Part shown: in pieces, positions 39,591 through 47,807 of the stretch
How positions within the stretch are numbered: position 1 is the stretch's first letter
Layout of the letters: each line of letters starts with the position of its first letter
From: Acidimicrobiales bacterium
GTDB taxonomy: Bacteria > Actinomycetota > Acidimicrobiia > Acidimicrobiales > Aldehydirespiratoraceae
NCBI GenBank assembly: GCA_965116195.1
Contig: OZ220491.1
Coordinates: 1,085,080 to 1,149,079, forward strand
Direction: 5' to 3'
DNA: 64,000 bases
Notes under the pieces: model-generated
Database searches by the model: none
Told to the model about the DNA's origin: nothing
The model's input: only the letters and a program-made list of their open reading frames with translations
Translations under genes and position numbers: made by a program

Positions 39591-40739
39591 TCAACCCTCA
39601 ACACCCGGGCCGACGAGCCTTCGTCGTACCGGAAAGAACTGCACCGGCCAGTACCTCTGGAGCAGTCCATAGATCCCTTTCGGAGCCAGGACTGCCATGA
39701 CCGCCGCGATCAGGCCAAGAATGATGAAGCGCCACTCGTCAGCATCTTCAAGCAGTTCACGTAAGAACCAGTAAACGCCCACTCCGATGATCGGGCCGGT
39801 GGTGGAACCGACGCCACCGATGATGGCGATGAACACCACCAGGGCGGTCCAGCGCAGCACACTGAAAGAAGAGTCGGCGCGTGCTGACGGGTTCTGCAGC
39901 AGTATCACCGCGCCGGTCATGCCGGTCCAGAAGGCCGCGAGCACCCAGACGGCCAACTTGGCCCGAGTCACCGACACGCCCAGACCCCGGGCACCTTCCT
40001 GACTGTCACGTATGGAGCGCAGAGCCAGACCCAGCCGTGACCGCAGCACCAGGACAACAATGGCCGTGGCCCCGGCAGCCAACCCGAGTGCCATCAGATA
40101 TGTGACGGTGTTGCGGGTGTCCAGGGAGTATCCGCCCAGCGATTCACGGGTCATGCTGCGGACATTTGAGCCTCCCAGAAAGTCACTCTCCAATGTGATC
40201 AGACGGAAGACCTCGGCGATCACCCAGGTACCGATGGCGAAGTAGCCGCCCCGCAGACGGAATGCCAAAGCTGCCACCGGCAGTGACAAGACGGCAGCAA
40301 CCACGCCTGCGAGCAGCACCGAGAGGTACGGGTCCACGCCGAAGTCCTCGGCGAAACTGAGCAGCGTGTAGACCCCGATGCCCACGAACATCTGCTGTCC
40401 GATTGTGACCAGACCGGCGAAACCGGCCAGCAGGTTCCACATCTGCGCCAGGGCCAGGTAGTAGAGGATCGTCACCAGTGGCACACGCAGACTGCCGTCG
40501 CTGTCCCACCACGGCAACAGGAACAGAAGCACGAACAACCCGCCAAACACGAACAATCCGACGGTGGATGGTCGGTCTGAGCGGGTGATGCGATGCTCGG
40601 CTATCTGAGGCTCGGTCATCTGATGTTCGGTCAGTTGATGCTCGTTCCCTTGATGTTCGGCCAGTTGATGCTCGTTCCTTTGATGCCCGGTCAACTGATG
40701 CTCGTTCCCTTGATGCCCGGTCATCTGATGTTCGGTCAT
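39591..40739 (-). CDS. Branched-chain-amino-acid-type (Liv) ABC transporter permease, LivM-like, with N-terminal decapeptide repeats
   Basis: 382 aa. ATGA overlap with the upstream permease stop. The multi-TM body is preceded by an (E/G)HQ-rich 30-bp repeat region. Confidence 0.85.
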   Translation of the reverse strand: MTEHQMTGHQGNEHQLTGHQRNEHQLAEHQGNEHQLTEHQMTEPQIAEHRITRSDRPSTVGLFVFGGLFVLLFLLPWWDSDGSLRVPLVTILYYLALAQMWNLLAGFAGLVTIGQQMFVGIGVYTLLSFAEDFGVDPYLSVLLAGVVAAVLSLPVAALAFRLRGGYFAIGTWVIAEVFRLITLESDFLGGSNVRSMTRESLGGYSLDTRNTVTYLMALGLAAGATAIVVLVLRSRLGLALRSIRDSQEGARGLGVSVTRAKLAVWVLAAFWTGMTGAVILLQNPSARADSSFSVLRWTALVVFIAIIGGVGSTTGPIIGVGVYWFLRELLEDADEWRFIILGLIAAVMAVLAPKGIYGLLQRYWPVQFFPVRRRLVGPGVEG

Positions 40740-41614
40740 TGCTGTCTGCGGCCCATCAGTCCGGTGGGCTTGGTGGCGAGCACCACAAGAAACAAGAGAT
40801 GGCCGAGCAGAGGCCCGGAGCCGAAGCCGTAGCTGACCTCCAACTGTCCTCCGACGGTATGGGCCACACCCAGAAGCAGGCCACCCGCCAGGGTGCCCCA
40901 GATCGATCCGAGCCCACCGATGACCACCGCCTCAAAGGCATACAGCAACTGCGCAGGTCCGTCGAGTGGTCCGAAGCTCTGCCGGATCCCCAGAAAAACG
41001 CCGGCTATGGCCACGGTGGCGAAGGCGATACCCATGGCCACTGCGTAGAGGTTGCGGTCGTTGATCCCCATCAGTCGGGCGGTCAACGGGTCATCCGACA
41101 CGGCACGGAAGGCTCGGCCCAGTGCCGTGCGTGACAGCATCAACTGAAGCCCGAGCAGCACTGTCACAGCCACAGCCAGGGTGATGAGCGGAATCCAGCC
41201 GACCGCGATGGCATCGGTGATCCTGATGCTCTCAACCTCGATTGCGCCCGCGTCAAGCCCCCGTGAGTCGGCGCTGTAGGTCTCCAACAGCGCGTTCTGC
41301 ACAACGATTCCCAACCCGAACGTCACCAGGATGGAAGGCAGGGGGTCGGCACCGATGGTGAAATTGAAGGCACCGAGTTGCAGCGCGTATCCGGTGGCCA
41401 GCATCAGCGGCACGACCACCACCAGTGACACGAACGGATTGAGACCGAGCCACGAGGTGACCGACACCGACACGAAAGCGCCCAGGACGGCCAAGTCTCC
41501 ATGGGCCAGGTTCACGAAGCGCATCACCCCGAAGGCGAGCGAGAGGCCTGTGGCGAACAGCGCGAACAGTCCTCCGAGCAGTACTCCCTGCACGATGGCG
41601 TTGAGCCACTCCAT
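40736..41614 (-). CDS. Liv-type ABC transporter permease, LivH-like
   Basis: Part of ORF 40736..41875. Start MEWLNAIVQGVLLGGLFALFATGLSLAFGVM. The start overlaps the stop of the upstream ATPase ORF (TGATG). Confidence 0.85.
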   Translation of the reverse strand: MEWLNAIVQGVLLGGLFALFATGLSLAFGVMRFVNLAHGDLAVLGAFVSVSVTSWLGLNPFVSLVVVVPLMLATGYALQLGAFNFTIGADPLPSILVTFGLGIVVQNALLETYSADSRGLDAGAIEVESIRITDAIAVGWIPLITLAVAVTVLLGLQLMLSRTALGRAFRAVSDDPLTARLMGINDRNLYAVAMGIAFATVAIAGVFLGIRQSFGPLDGPAQLLYAFEAVVIGGLGSIWGTLAGGLLLGVAHTVGGQLEVSYGFGSGPLLGHLLFLVVLATKPTGLMGRRQQ

Positions 41615-42486
41615 CAGATTTGATCCCAGGGAGTATGCCGAGACTGCTGAGTTCGGTGAACTGCTGAGCCGGTTGAGTCGGCCAAAAGTGCCGAGCCTGC
41701 TGAGTCGCCCAATTCGGCTGAGTCGGCCAAGTCGGCTGAGTCGGCCAAGTCGGCAACGCTGGTCGTGACAGCGGAGTTGTTCCCGGCAGGCAGTCCGAAG
41801 TAGGCGGCGGTGATGTCTGAGCGTTCCAGGTTCTGGGGACGACCTTCCAGGGTGATCCGTCCCTCCAGCATGCACACCACCCGGTCAGCTACCGCCATGG
41901 CCTGCCCTATGTCCTGCTCAACCAGCAAAATGGTGGCACCGGCTTCCGACAGTGCGGGCAGTGCTCCGTAAAGTGACTTGACAACCACCGGCGCAAGCCC
42001 CAGAGAGACCTCGTCAAGCAGGATCAGCCGAGGATTGGACATGAGTGCTCGGCCGATGGCGACTGCCTGCTGTTCGCCTCCCGACAGGACATGGGACTGA
42101 CGGTTCAGCAGCGGTTGTATCAAGGGAAACACGTCAAGCACGGAATCAAGGCTCCAGCCACCCGGGCGGCTGCAGTGGCTGCCGATAATCAGGTTCTCGC
42201 GCACGGTCAGGCTTCCGAAGAGCATGCGACCTTCGGGAACCAGGGCGATCCCCAGCCCGACACGCCGGTAAGCCTTGACGCGGCCGATGTCAGTGCCGTC
42301 GAAGGTGATTTCCCCGGCTCTGATGCGTACCTGTCCGGCCAGTGCGCGCAAAAAGGTGGTCTTGCCCGCACCGTTGGCACCGATCATGGCCAGCGTCTCA
42401 CCTTCAGCAACGCTCACATCAATTCCGAACAGGGCCTGGAAGTCGCCGTAGCCCGCGTCCAGACCGCGCGCCGCCAGCAGCGTCAT
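41614..42486 (-). CDS. Liv-type ABC transporter ATP-binding protein, LivF-like, with a repeat-derived ~50-aa C-terminal tail
   Basis: Part of ORF 41614..42549. MTLLAARGLDAGYGDFQALFGIDVSVAEGETLAMIGANGAGKTT (Walker A), LSGGEQQ, LLDE. An alternative GTG start is at 42549. Confidence 0.85.
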   Translation of the reverse strand: MTLLAARGLDAGYGDFQALFGIDVSVAEGETLAMIGANGAGKTTFLRALAGQVRIRAGEITFDGTDIGRVKAYRRVGLGIALVPEGRMLFGSLTVRENLIIGSHCSRPGGWSLDSVLDVFPLIQPLLNRQSHVLSGGEQQAVAIGRALMSNPRLILLDEVSLGLAPVVVKSLYGALPALSEAGATILLVEQDIGQAMAVADRVVCMLEGRITLEGRPQNLERSDITAAYFGLPAGNNSAVTTSVADLADSADLADSAELGDSAGSALLADSTGSAVHRTQQSRHTPWDQI

Positions 42487-42559
42487 TCCGGTGCCATCCC
42501 CGAAAAGACCCTTGTGGCACACCGAGGGATGTTGAGGCCGATGTTGCACGGCAGCAGCG

Positions 42560-43288
42560 TCATTCTGGTGCCACCCCCAGATAGACCTCCTGCACCTCGG
42601 CGCTGGCCATCACGGTCGTCGGGTCGCCCTCAGCGATCTTGATGCCGAAACTCATGGCCATGATCTTGCTGACCACTGCCAAAAGGGCATGCACGATGTG
42701 TTCAATCCAGACGATGGTCACACCGTCAGCATGGATGTCGCCGATGGTGGTGACCAACTCAAGCACCTCGGCTTCGGTCAGGCCTCCGGCGATCTCGTCA
42801 AGCAAAAGTATCTTGGGACGCGTCGCCAGCGCCCGCGCCAACTCCATGCGCTTGCGACCCAGCAGGGGCAGCGCGCCGGCAGTGGTGTTGGCAGCCTCCA
42901 ACAACCGGGCCCGCTCAAGAGCCTCCACTGCCACAGGGGTTGCGTTGGTTTCTGACATGGGCGTACCCGCGCCGAAGACCGCTCCCACCAGGACATTCTC
43001 AAACACGGTCATGCCCTCAAAGGGTCGAGGAACTTGTGACGTTCGGGCCAGACCACGCCGACAGCGCCAGTCAGCCGATGTCTTTGTCACATCTTCGCCC
43101 TCGATGAGGATTGAGCCGCGGTCACAGCTCAGATCGCCTGCAACAAGGTTGAGCAGGGTTGTCTTGCCGGCCCCGTTGGGCCCCACGATGCCAAGCGCGT
43201 CACCCTGCTTGACCTTGAAGGACAGGTTGTCCACGACCTTCACGCCGAAGGACTTGTCAACTCCGGCCACCTCCAGCAGCGGGGTCAT
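42560..43288 (-). CDS. Liv-type ABC transporter ATP-binding protein, LivG-like
   Basis: 242 aa. GPNGAGKTT, and LELARALATRPKILLLDEIAGGL (signature region plus Walker B). Confidence 0.88.
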   Translation of the reverse strand: MTPLLEVAGVDKSFGVKVVDNLSFKVKQGDALGIVGPNGAGKTTLLNLVAGDLSCDRGSILIEGEDVTKTSADWRCRRGLARTSQVPRPFEGMTVFENVLVGAVFGAGTPMSETNATPVAVEALERARLLEAANTTAGALPLLGRKRMELARALATRPKILLLDEIAGGLTEAEVLELVTTIGDIHADGVTIVWIEHIVHALLAVVSKIMAMSFGIKIAEGDPTTVMASAEVQEVYLGVAPE

Positions 43289-43366
43289 CGCTCCAAGCTA
43301 ACTGACCCGTGGGTACCGGGCCGCTTGCGAGACGGGCAAAATCTGGCTGAGCACCTGGTCGGTGGA

Positions 43367-44725
43367 CTATTGGATCAACTGCAGAGAACCGTCAAGGGGA
43401 TGATCGGGCACAAGGGTGTTGATTGTGACGGACAGTTCAAACGGGAACCTCTCGCCTGCCACCCACTGACCACCGACAAGTCCGGTTGTGGTCACCTGCG
43501 GGACGGGGCCTTCGTTGAAGTTGACTCTGCCCACCTGGGTCTGGAGGTCGGTCTGGCCGATGGCTTCGTTCAGCGCCGTCTTCTCGGCGGTGCCGGCGCG
43601 CTTGAGGGCGTCAATGGCGACCTCCCATACAGCGTGACCGTAACCGAGCGGCTGCTCCCAGTTGCGGCCCGTGGCTGCGATGTACGCCTCGGCCAACTCG
43701 CTGGCGGTCTGCCCGGTGAGCGACGATGTGGTGGGGTAGCGGCTGGTCCACCAGATCTCCGAGCTGAGTCCTGCCCCCTTGGGGTAGGTGGCCACCGCGC
43801 TGCTGAACAACAGGCCCTTGGCGACGGTCACCACAGGCGGGTTGAAGTCCTGTTGCAGCGCCTGAGCCTGGAAGGTGGCAAAGACCGGTGGCGGTAGTAC
43901 GCCGGTCACGATCTGCACGCCGGAGTCCTTGAAGGAAGCGATCTGGGCTGAGAAGTCCTGGGTGCCCAGGTCAAAGCGACCGTCGTCGATGATGGTGTAG
44001 CCGGCGGCTTCAAAGGCGGGCGGTTGCCCGGTCTCCGGATCTCCGAAGGCCACGCCGTCGGGATCGCCGGCCCAGAGTGCGCCGATGACCGGTTCAACAT
44101 CGGCTTGGGCCCACAACTCGAGGAACACCTCGGTCAGGTGCTCAACACCCCAGAAGAAGTGGTGATTCCACACCGAAGCAGGTTCGGGGCCGGGAGGGGC
44201 ACCCTTGACGTTCTGGTAATGCGGTTGCCATGGTGCCAGCGTTGACAAACATGGGGTCTCACCCAGATCACAGGCCGCGGCCACCGGGATGGTGGTGTCC
44301 GGCGTGCCTCCACAAAGCACCAGGTCCACTCCCTCGGCGATGAGTTCGTTGGTCACCTCGCCGGCCCGGGTTATGTCGGTCTCGGTGTCCTTGTCGATGA
44401 TCTCGATCCTGTCACCAAACAACTCGCGCATCTGGGTCAGTACGAAGTCGTCGGTCTCGCCCAATGCGGCCAGGGGGCCGCTGCGGGGTGTCACGAAGCC
44501 GATCTTGGCTGTTGGTATGTCCGACATGGCACGGGCGGCGGTGGTGGGTGCCGCTGTTGTGGTCGGGGCGGCAGTGGTTGCTGCTGCGGCCGCCGTCGTG
44601 GTTGTCACCGGTGTGGCTTCGTCATCGTCGCCACACGCAGCGAGCAGTCCGCCGGACAAGCCGACCGCGGCTGCGCCGCCCAAGAATTGCCGTCTTGAGG
44701 TCGAGCCCTTCTTGTGTTCGTTCAT
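43367..44725 (-). CDS. ABC transporter substrate-binding lipoprotein (type I periplasmic-binding fold, Liv family)
   Basis: Part of ORF 43367..44776. Start MNEHKKGSTSRRQFLGGAAAVGLSGGLLAACGDDDE (twin-arginine-like signal plus lipobox LAAC). Confidence 0.8.
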   Translation of the reverse strand: MNEHKKGSTSRRQFLGGAAAVGLSGGLLAACGDDDEATPVTTTTAAAAATTAAPTTTAAPTTAARAMSDIPTAKIGFVTPRSGPLAALGETDDFVLTQMRELFGDRIEIIDKDTETDITRAGEVTNELIAEGVDLVLCGGTPDTTIPVAAACDLGETPCLSTLAPWQPHYQNVKGAPPGPEPASVWNHHFFWGVEHLTEVFLELWAQADVEPVIGALWAGDPDGVAFGDPETGQPPAFEAAGYTIIDDGRFDLGTQDFSAQIASFKDSGVQIVTGVLPPPVFATFQAQALQQDFNPPVVTVAKGLLFSSAVATYPKGAGLSSEIWWTSRYPTTSSLTGQTASELAEAYIAATGRNWEQPLGYGHAVWEVAIDALKRAGTAEKTALNEAIGQTDLQTQVGRVNFNEGPVPQVTTTGLVGGQWVAGERFPFELSVTINTLVPDHPLDGSLQLIQ

Positions 44726-44788
44726 CAGGTTTCCTTTCGGTAGGTGAGTTGGTTGGTTACCACGGCCTGTGGCCACAGAAAGCGATGC

Positions 44789-45859
44789 TCACAGAGGCCT
44801 GCGGCCACAGAAGGCGTTGTCCAGCATCTGGCGGATACCGTCGGATTCGGGTGGCCGCACATTGGCGGACGCTTCAATCACAACTCTTCGGGTTGCCTCT
44901 TCAAGCCCATGTGTGGGCATGCCCAGAGCCGCCAGACTGGTAGGTGCCCCGATGTCCTCCGCCAGGTCATAGAACGCCGACGGGACCTCTTCGGGGGCGA
45001 TTTGAAGCGTGGCGGCGATGTTGCCGATGACCTCGGCAATCGCTGGAGCGTTGTAGGCGAGGGCATGTCCGAGCATCACCGCATTCATGCCGCCGTGATC
45101 CAGGTTGAACAGCCCTCCCAGCACGTGACAGGTCCTGTGGTGCAGTGCCGTCCCGCCACCTGCCAGCACCACGCCGGCGAGGTAGGCACCGTACAGGGCA
45201 TCAGTTCTGGCTTTGATGTCGTCGGGGCGTGCTGTCACCACGGGCAACGCACGATGCAGCACCCGGATGCTCTCCAGCGCCATGAAGCTGATGAAGGGAT
45301 TCGCACCCGGTCCGTAGAGGCCCTCGACTGAGTGTGCCAGAGCATTCATGCCGGAGGGGCCTGCGATGTGTGGCGGCAGGGTGAGGGTTAACTCAGGGTC
45401 ATAGACCACCAGCGCGGGCTTCACTCTGGCATCAACGCCCACATGTTTGTGGCCGTCATCGCTCAGGCCCCATATGGCAGTCATCTCAGAGCCTGCGTAG
45501 GTGGTGGGCACAGCAATGTGGTTCACGCCGAGTTCGCGCACGACCGCCTTGCCGAAACCGGTGGCCGAGCCGCCACCGATGGTGAGCACCGTGTCGGCAC
45601 CCTTCAGCTGGGCCAGGGCGACGGCGGATTTCACCCTGTGCACGGGGACGTGCTGCACCACATCAGCGAAGCGACCAACCACCAGACCGTCCAGCATTTC
45701 GATTATTTCAGTTGCGGGAGCATCCTCGTCGTGGGATGCGATGACCAGGATGTGCTGCGCGCCCAGGGCCCCGGCCTCTGTGACCAGTGATCGGCGCGAG
45801 CCTGCACCGAACACGACGCGACCCGCCAGCGCGTCGTAGGTGAACTCGGCGTGGATCAC
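44789..45859 (-). CDS. Maleylacetate reductase (iron-containing alcohol dehydrogenase family)
   Basis: 356 aa. TIGGGSATGFGKAV and PTTYAGSEMT. The context is ring-cleavage dioxygenases. Confidence 0.78.
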   Translation of the reverse strand: MIHAEFTYDALAGRVVFGAGSRRSLVTEAGALGAQHILVIASHDEDAPATEIIEMLDGLVVGRFADVVQHVPVHRVKSAVALAQLKGADTVLTIGGGSATGFGKAVVRELGVNHIAVPTTYAGSEMTAIWGLSDDGHKHVGVDARVKPALVVYDPELTLTLPPHIAGPSGMNALAHSVEGLYGPGANPFISFMALESIRVLHRALPVVTARPDDIKARTDALYGAYLAGVVLAGGGTALHHRTCHVLGGLFNLDHGGMNAVMLGHALAYNAPAIAEVIGNIAATLQIAPEEVPSAFYDLAEDIGAPTSLAALGMPTHGLEEATRRVVIEASANVRPPESDGIRQMLDNAFCGRRPL

Positions 45860-45991
45860 GAGCCCTGTCTTGTGTCTGTTGTCGCCAGGTCGTAAACCAA
45901 CTGCCGAGTCCCCTCCAGTTCTTGTCCGCTAGGCAGACAACTTACCACATAGCGGACAAACCCGCGCAGGTGTATCCAAACGGGCGCAGTT

Positions 45992-46960
45992 CTAGAAATC
46001 GACAGGGTGTACCGGTGCTTCGCCCTTGGCGATCATCTCGGGGATTCGCTCGGAGCCGTTCTCCCACACCAGCAGCATCGCCCGCTTTGGGGCATAGCCC
46101 TGATGTCGTATGTCCGCAGGCATGGCTGACACATCACCGGGCCGCATGATGACCCTGGCCCGCTTGGCCCCGGTGTCCCGGTCCTCCACATCCCATTGGA
46201 TCTCATCGCTGAGCTGCACAAACCACTCCACCCGGTCGTTGCCGTGGATCACCGGCAGCGTGAACTCCTCGGTGGTGGGGCAGTAGAGACTCTCGCGACA
46301 CGCAGACACCACCGAGGGGTTCCAGGTGACATCGGATCGTGACAGGTACGCGTAGAGGTTGAAGGCGCACACTTCGTTGTCGTATCCCGGAGATGCCTCA
46401 ATCACCGGTTCGCCCTGGTCCACGTCAGCAAAGCCCCGGTTGACGGGAAAGCCGGACTCGTCGCTGCGCAGCGGCTCATCTCCCGGCACGCTCACCATGC
46501 GTTGTGCCACGACACGGCGACGCATGACCGCTGCGTCGTTTGAGCCATTGCTCGGGCCGAAGGCGCTGCCGGTTTCCAAAGGCGCAGCGAAAGGGTCGTA
46601 ACCTTCGTTGGTCCAGTCCGAGAGCATGGCCTTGAAGCACTTGAGCAACTCGTCGTGGTCGAAGTTCTCGTTGTAGTCCACCTCGGCCCGCCGGTAGGCC
46701 TCATTGAAGCGTCCGGCGAACATGTCCACCGTGCCGTAGTGATTCATGGTTCCGATCACATCGTCAAAGTTGACGATGCCGTAGAAGAACCCCCAGGCCA
46801 CGTCGCGCTGCACGCATCGCAGCCAGTGGTCCACGGGCATCTGGTGGTTGCCGGTGGGCCATTCAATCGTCACGAAGTACTCGTCACGGCTGAACGTGAA
46901 CCCGCCCACGTTGAACTGTCTGTATCCCAGACTGTTGGGAGCCTGCTCGGTAACGGTCAC
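45992..46960 (-). CDS. Large subunit of a two-subunit cupin-type dioxygenase (hydroquinone 1,2-dioxygenase HapD/PnpD-like, tentative)
   Basis: 322-aa ORF with good coding character, paired with a ~170-aa upstream gene as in two-component hydroquinone dioxygenases. Next to maleylacetate reductase. Confidence 0.5.
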   Translation of the reverse strand: MTVTEQAPNSLGYRQFNVGGFTFSRDEYFVTIEWPTGNHQMPVDHWLRCVQRDVAWGFFYGIVNFDDVIGTMNHYGTVDMFAGRFNEAYRRAEVDYNENFDHDELLKCFKAMLSDWTNEGYDPFAAPLETGSAFGPSNGSNDAAVMRRRVVAQRMVSVPGDEPLRSDESGFPVNRGFADVDQGEPVIEASPGYDNEVCAFNLYAYLSRSDVTWNPSVVSACRESLYCPTTEEFTLPVIHGNDRVEWFVQLSDEIQWDVEDRDTGAKRARVIMRPGDVSAMPADIRHQGYAPKRAMLLVWENGSERIPEMIAKGEAPVHPVDF

Positions 46961-46964
46961 GTTT

Positions 46965-47095
46965 GTGTCCTTTCTTGAAGGTCTGGTCTTGAAGTTCTGG
47001 TCTTGAAGGTCTGGTCTTGAAGTTCTGGTCTTCAGGAGTCCGGTCTTGAAGAGTCTGGCAGCTGTCGCCTAGAAAGTCTGGCAGATGTCGGCCCA
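46965..47095. repeat. Short (~14-15 bp) GGTCTTGAAG(G/T)TCT repeats plus a duplicated copy of the 3' end of the small dioxygenase subunit
   Basis: Read directly. AGTCTGGCAG(C/A)TGTCG(C/G)CC is present twice; the second copy contains the real stop (47069-47071). Confidence 0.8.
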
Positions 47096-47581
47096 CCGAA
47101 AGACCGTGTCGGGGCCTTCTGTTGTCTGCAGCAGCACGACGGCCACGCTGTCACAGTGCATGCGGTAGGCCTTGCCCGCAGGCAGCAGGGTCATGTGGCC
47201 GCGCGAGGCCGTCACTGTTCCCATGAGACTTCCTTCCGGTTTCCCGCTCAAGCCCACAGATCCGTTGGAGCCCGGTTCCACGATGTCTGCGGCGGGATCA
47301 ATCAACTCAATGCGTACCGTGCCGTCCATGACAAGAGCGAATTCGTCATGGGGTGTGGCCCGCCACTCGCTGGTGCCCTCGGCGCGGATCGCTTCAAGCA
47401 CATACTCCAGGTTCTTGCCAACTGCAACCTTTTCATAGGGCGCAGCGCGTGACGCAACATCAAATATGTTGGAGAAGGCATAGTGTCTGGGGTCGTCATC
47501 CACCACTTGGACTCCGCCCATGGTGTAGCTGTCAAGTGACCCGAAATCCGTCTCGTACTGTGTTGCGGTGCTCTCGTTCAT
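47069..47581 (-). CDS. Small subunit of the two-subunit dioxygenase (HapC/PnpC-like, tentative)
   Basis: 170-aa ORF with size and position matching the small subunit. No motif certainty. Confidence 0.5.
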   Translation of the reverse strand: MNESTATQYETDFGSLDSYTMGGVQVVDDDPRHYAFSNIFDVASRAAPYEKVAVGKNLEYVLEAIRAEGTSEWRATPHDEFALVMDGTVRIELIDPAADIVEPGSNGSVGLSGKPEGSLMGTVTASRGHMTLLPAGKAYRMHCDSVAVVLLQTTEGPDTVFRWADICQTF

Positions 47582-47807
47582 GATTCGCCTCCGGCATCAA
47601 CTACCGTTTGTCGTTGTCGTTCTCGTAGTCGTTGTCGTTGCGTCACGATTTGCGTGTGTCTGGGATGACCCCGGTCGGCCGGGTCGTGTTGTGGTTGTGG
47701 ATGCATCGTGACCCCCAGTCCAGCCTCCGGTATACACATGGACGTAACGAAGATAGCAGCACCGGTCACCAGCGCGAGGCACCGGTGGCGGGACAACCGG
47801 TGTCCGG

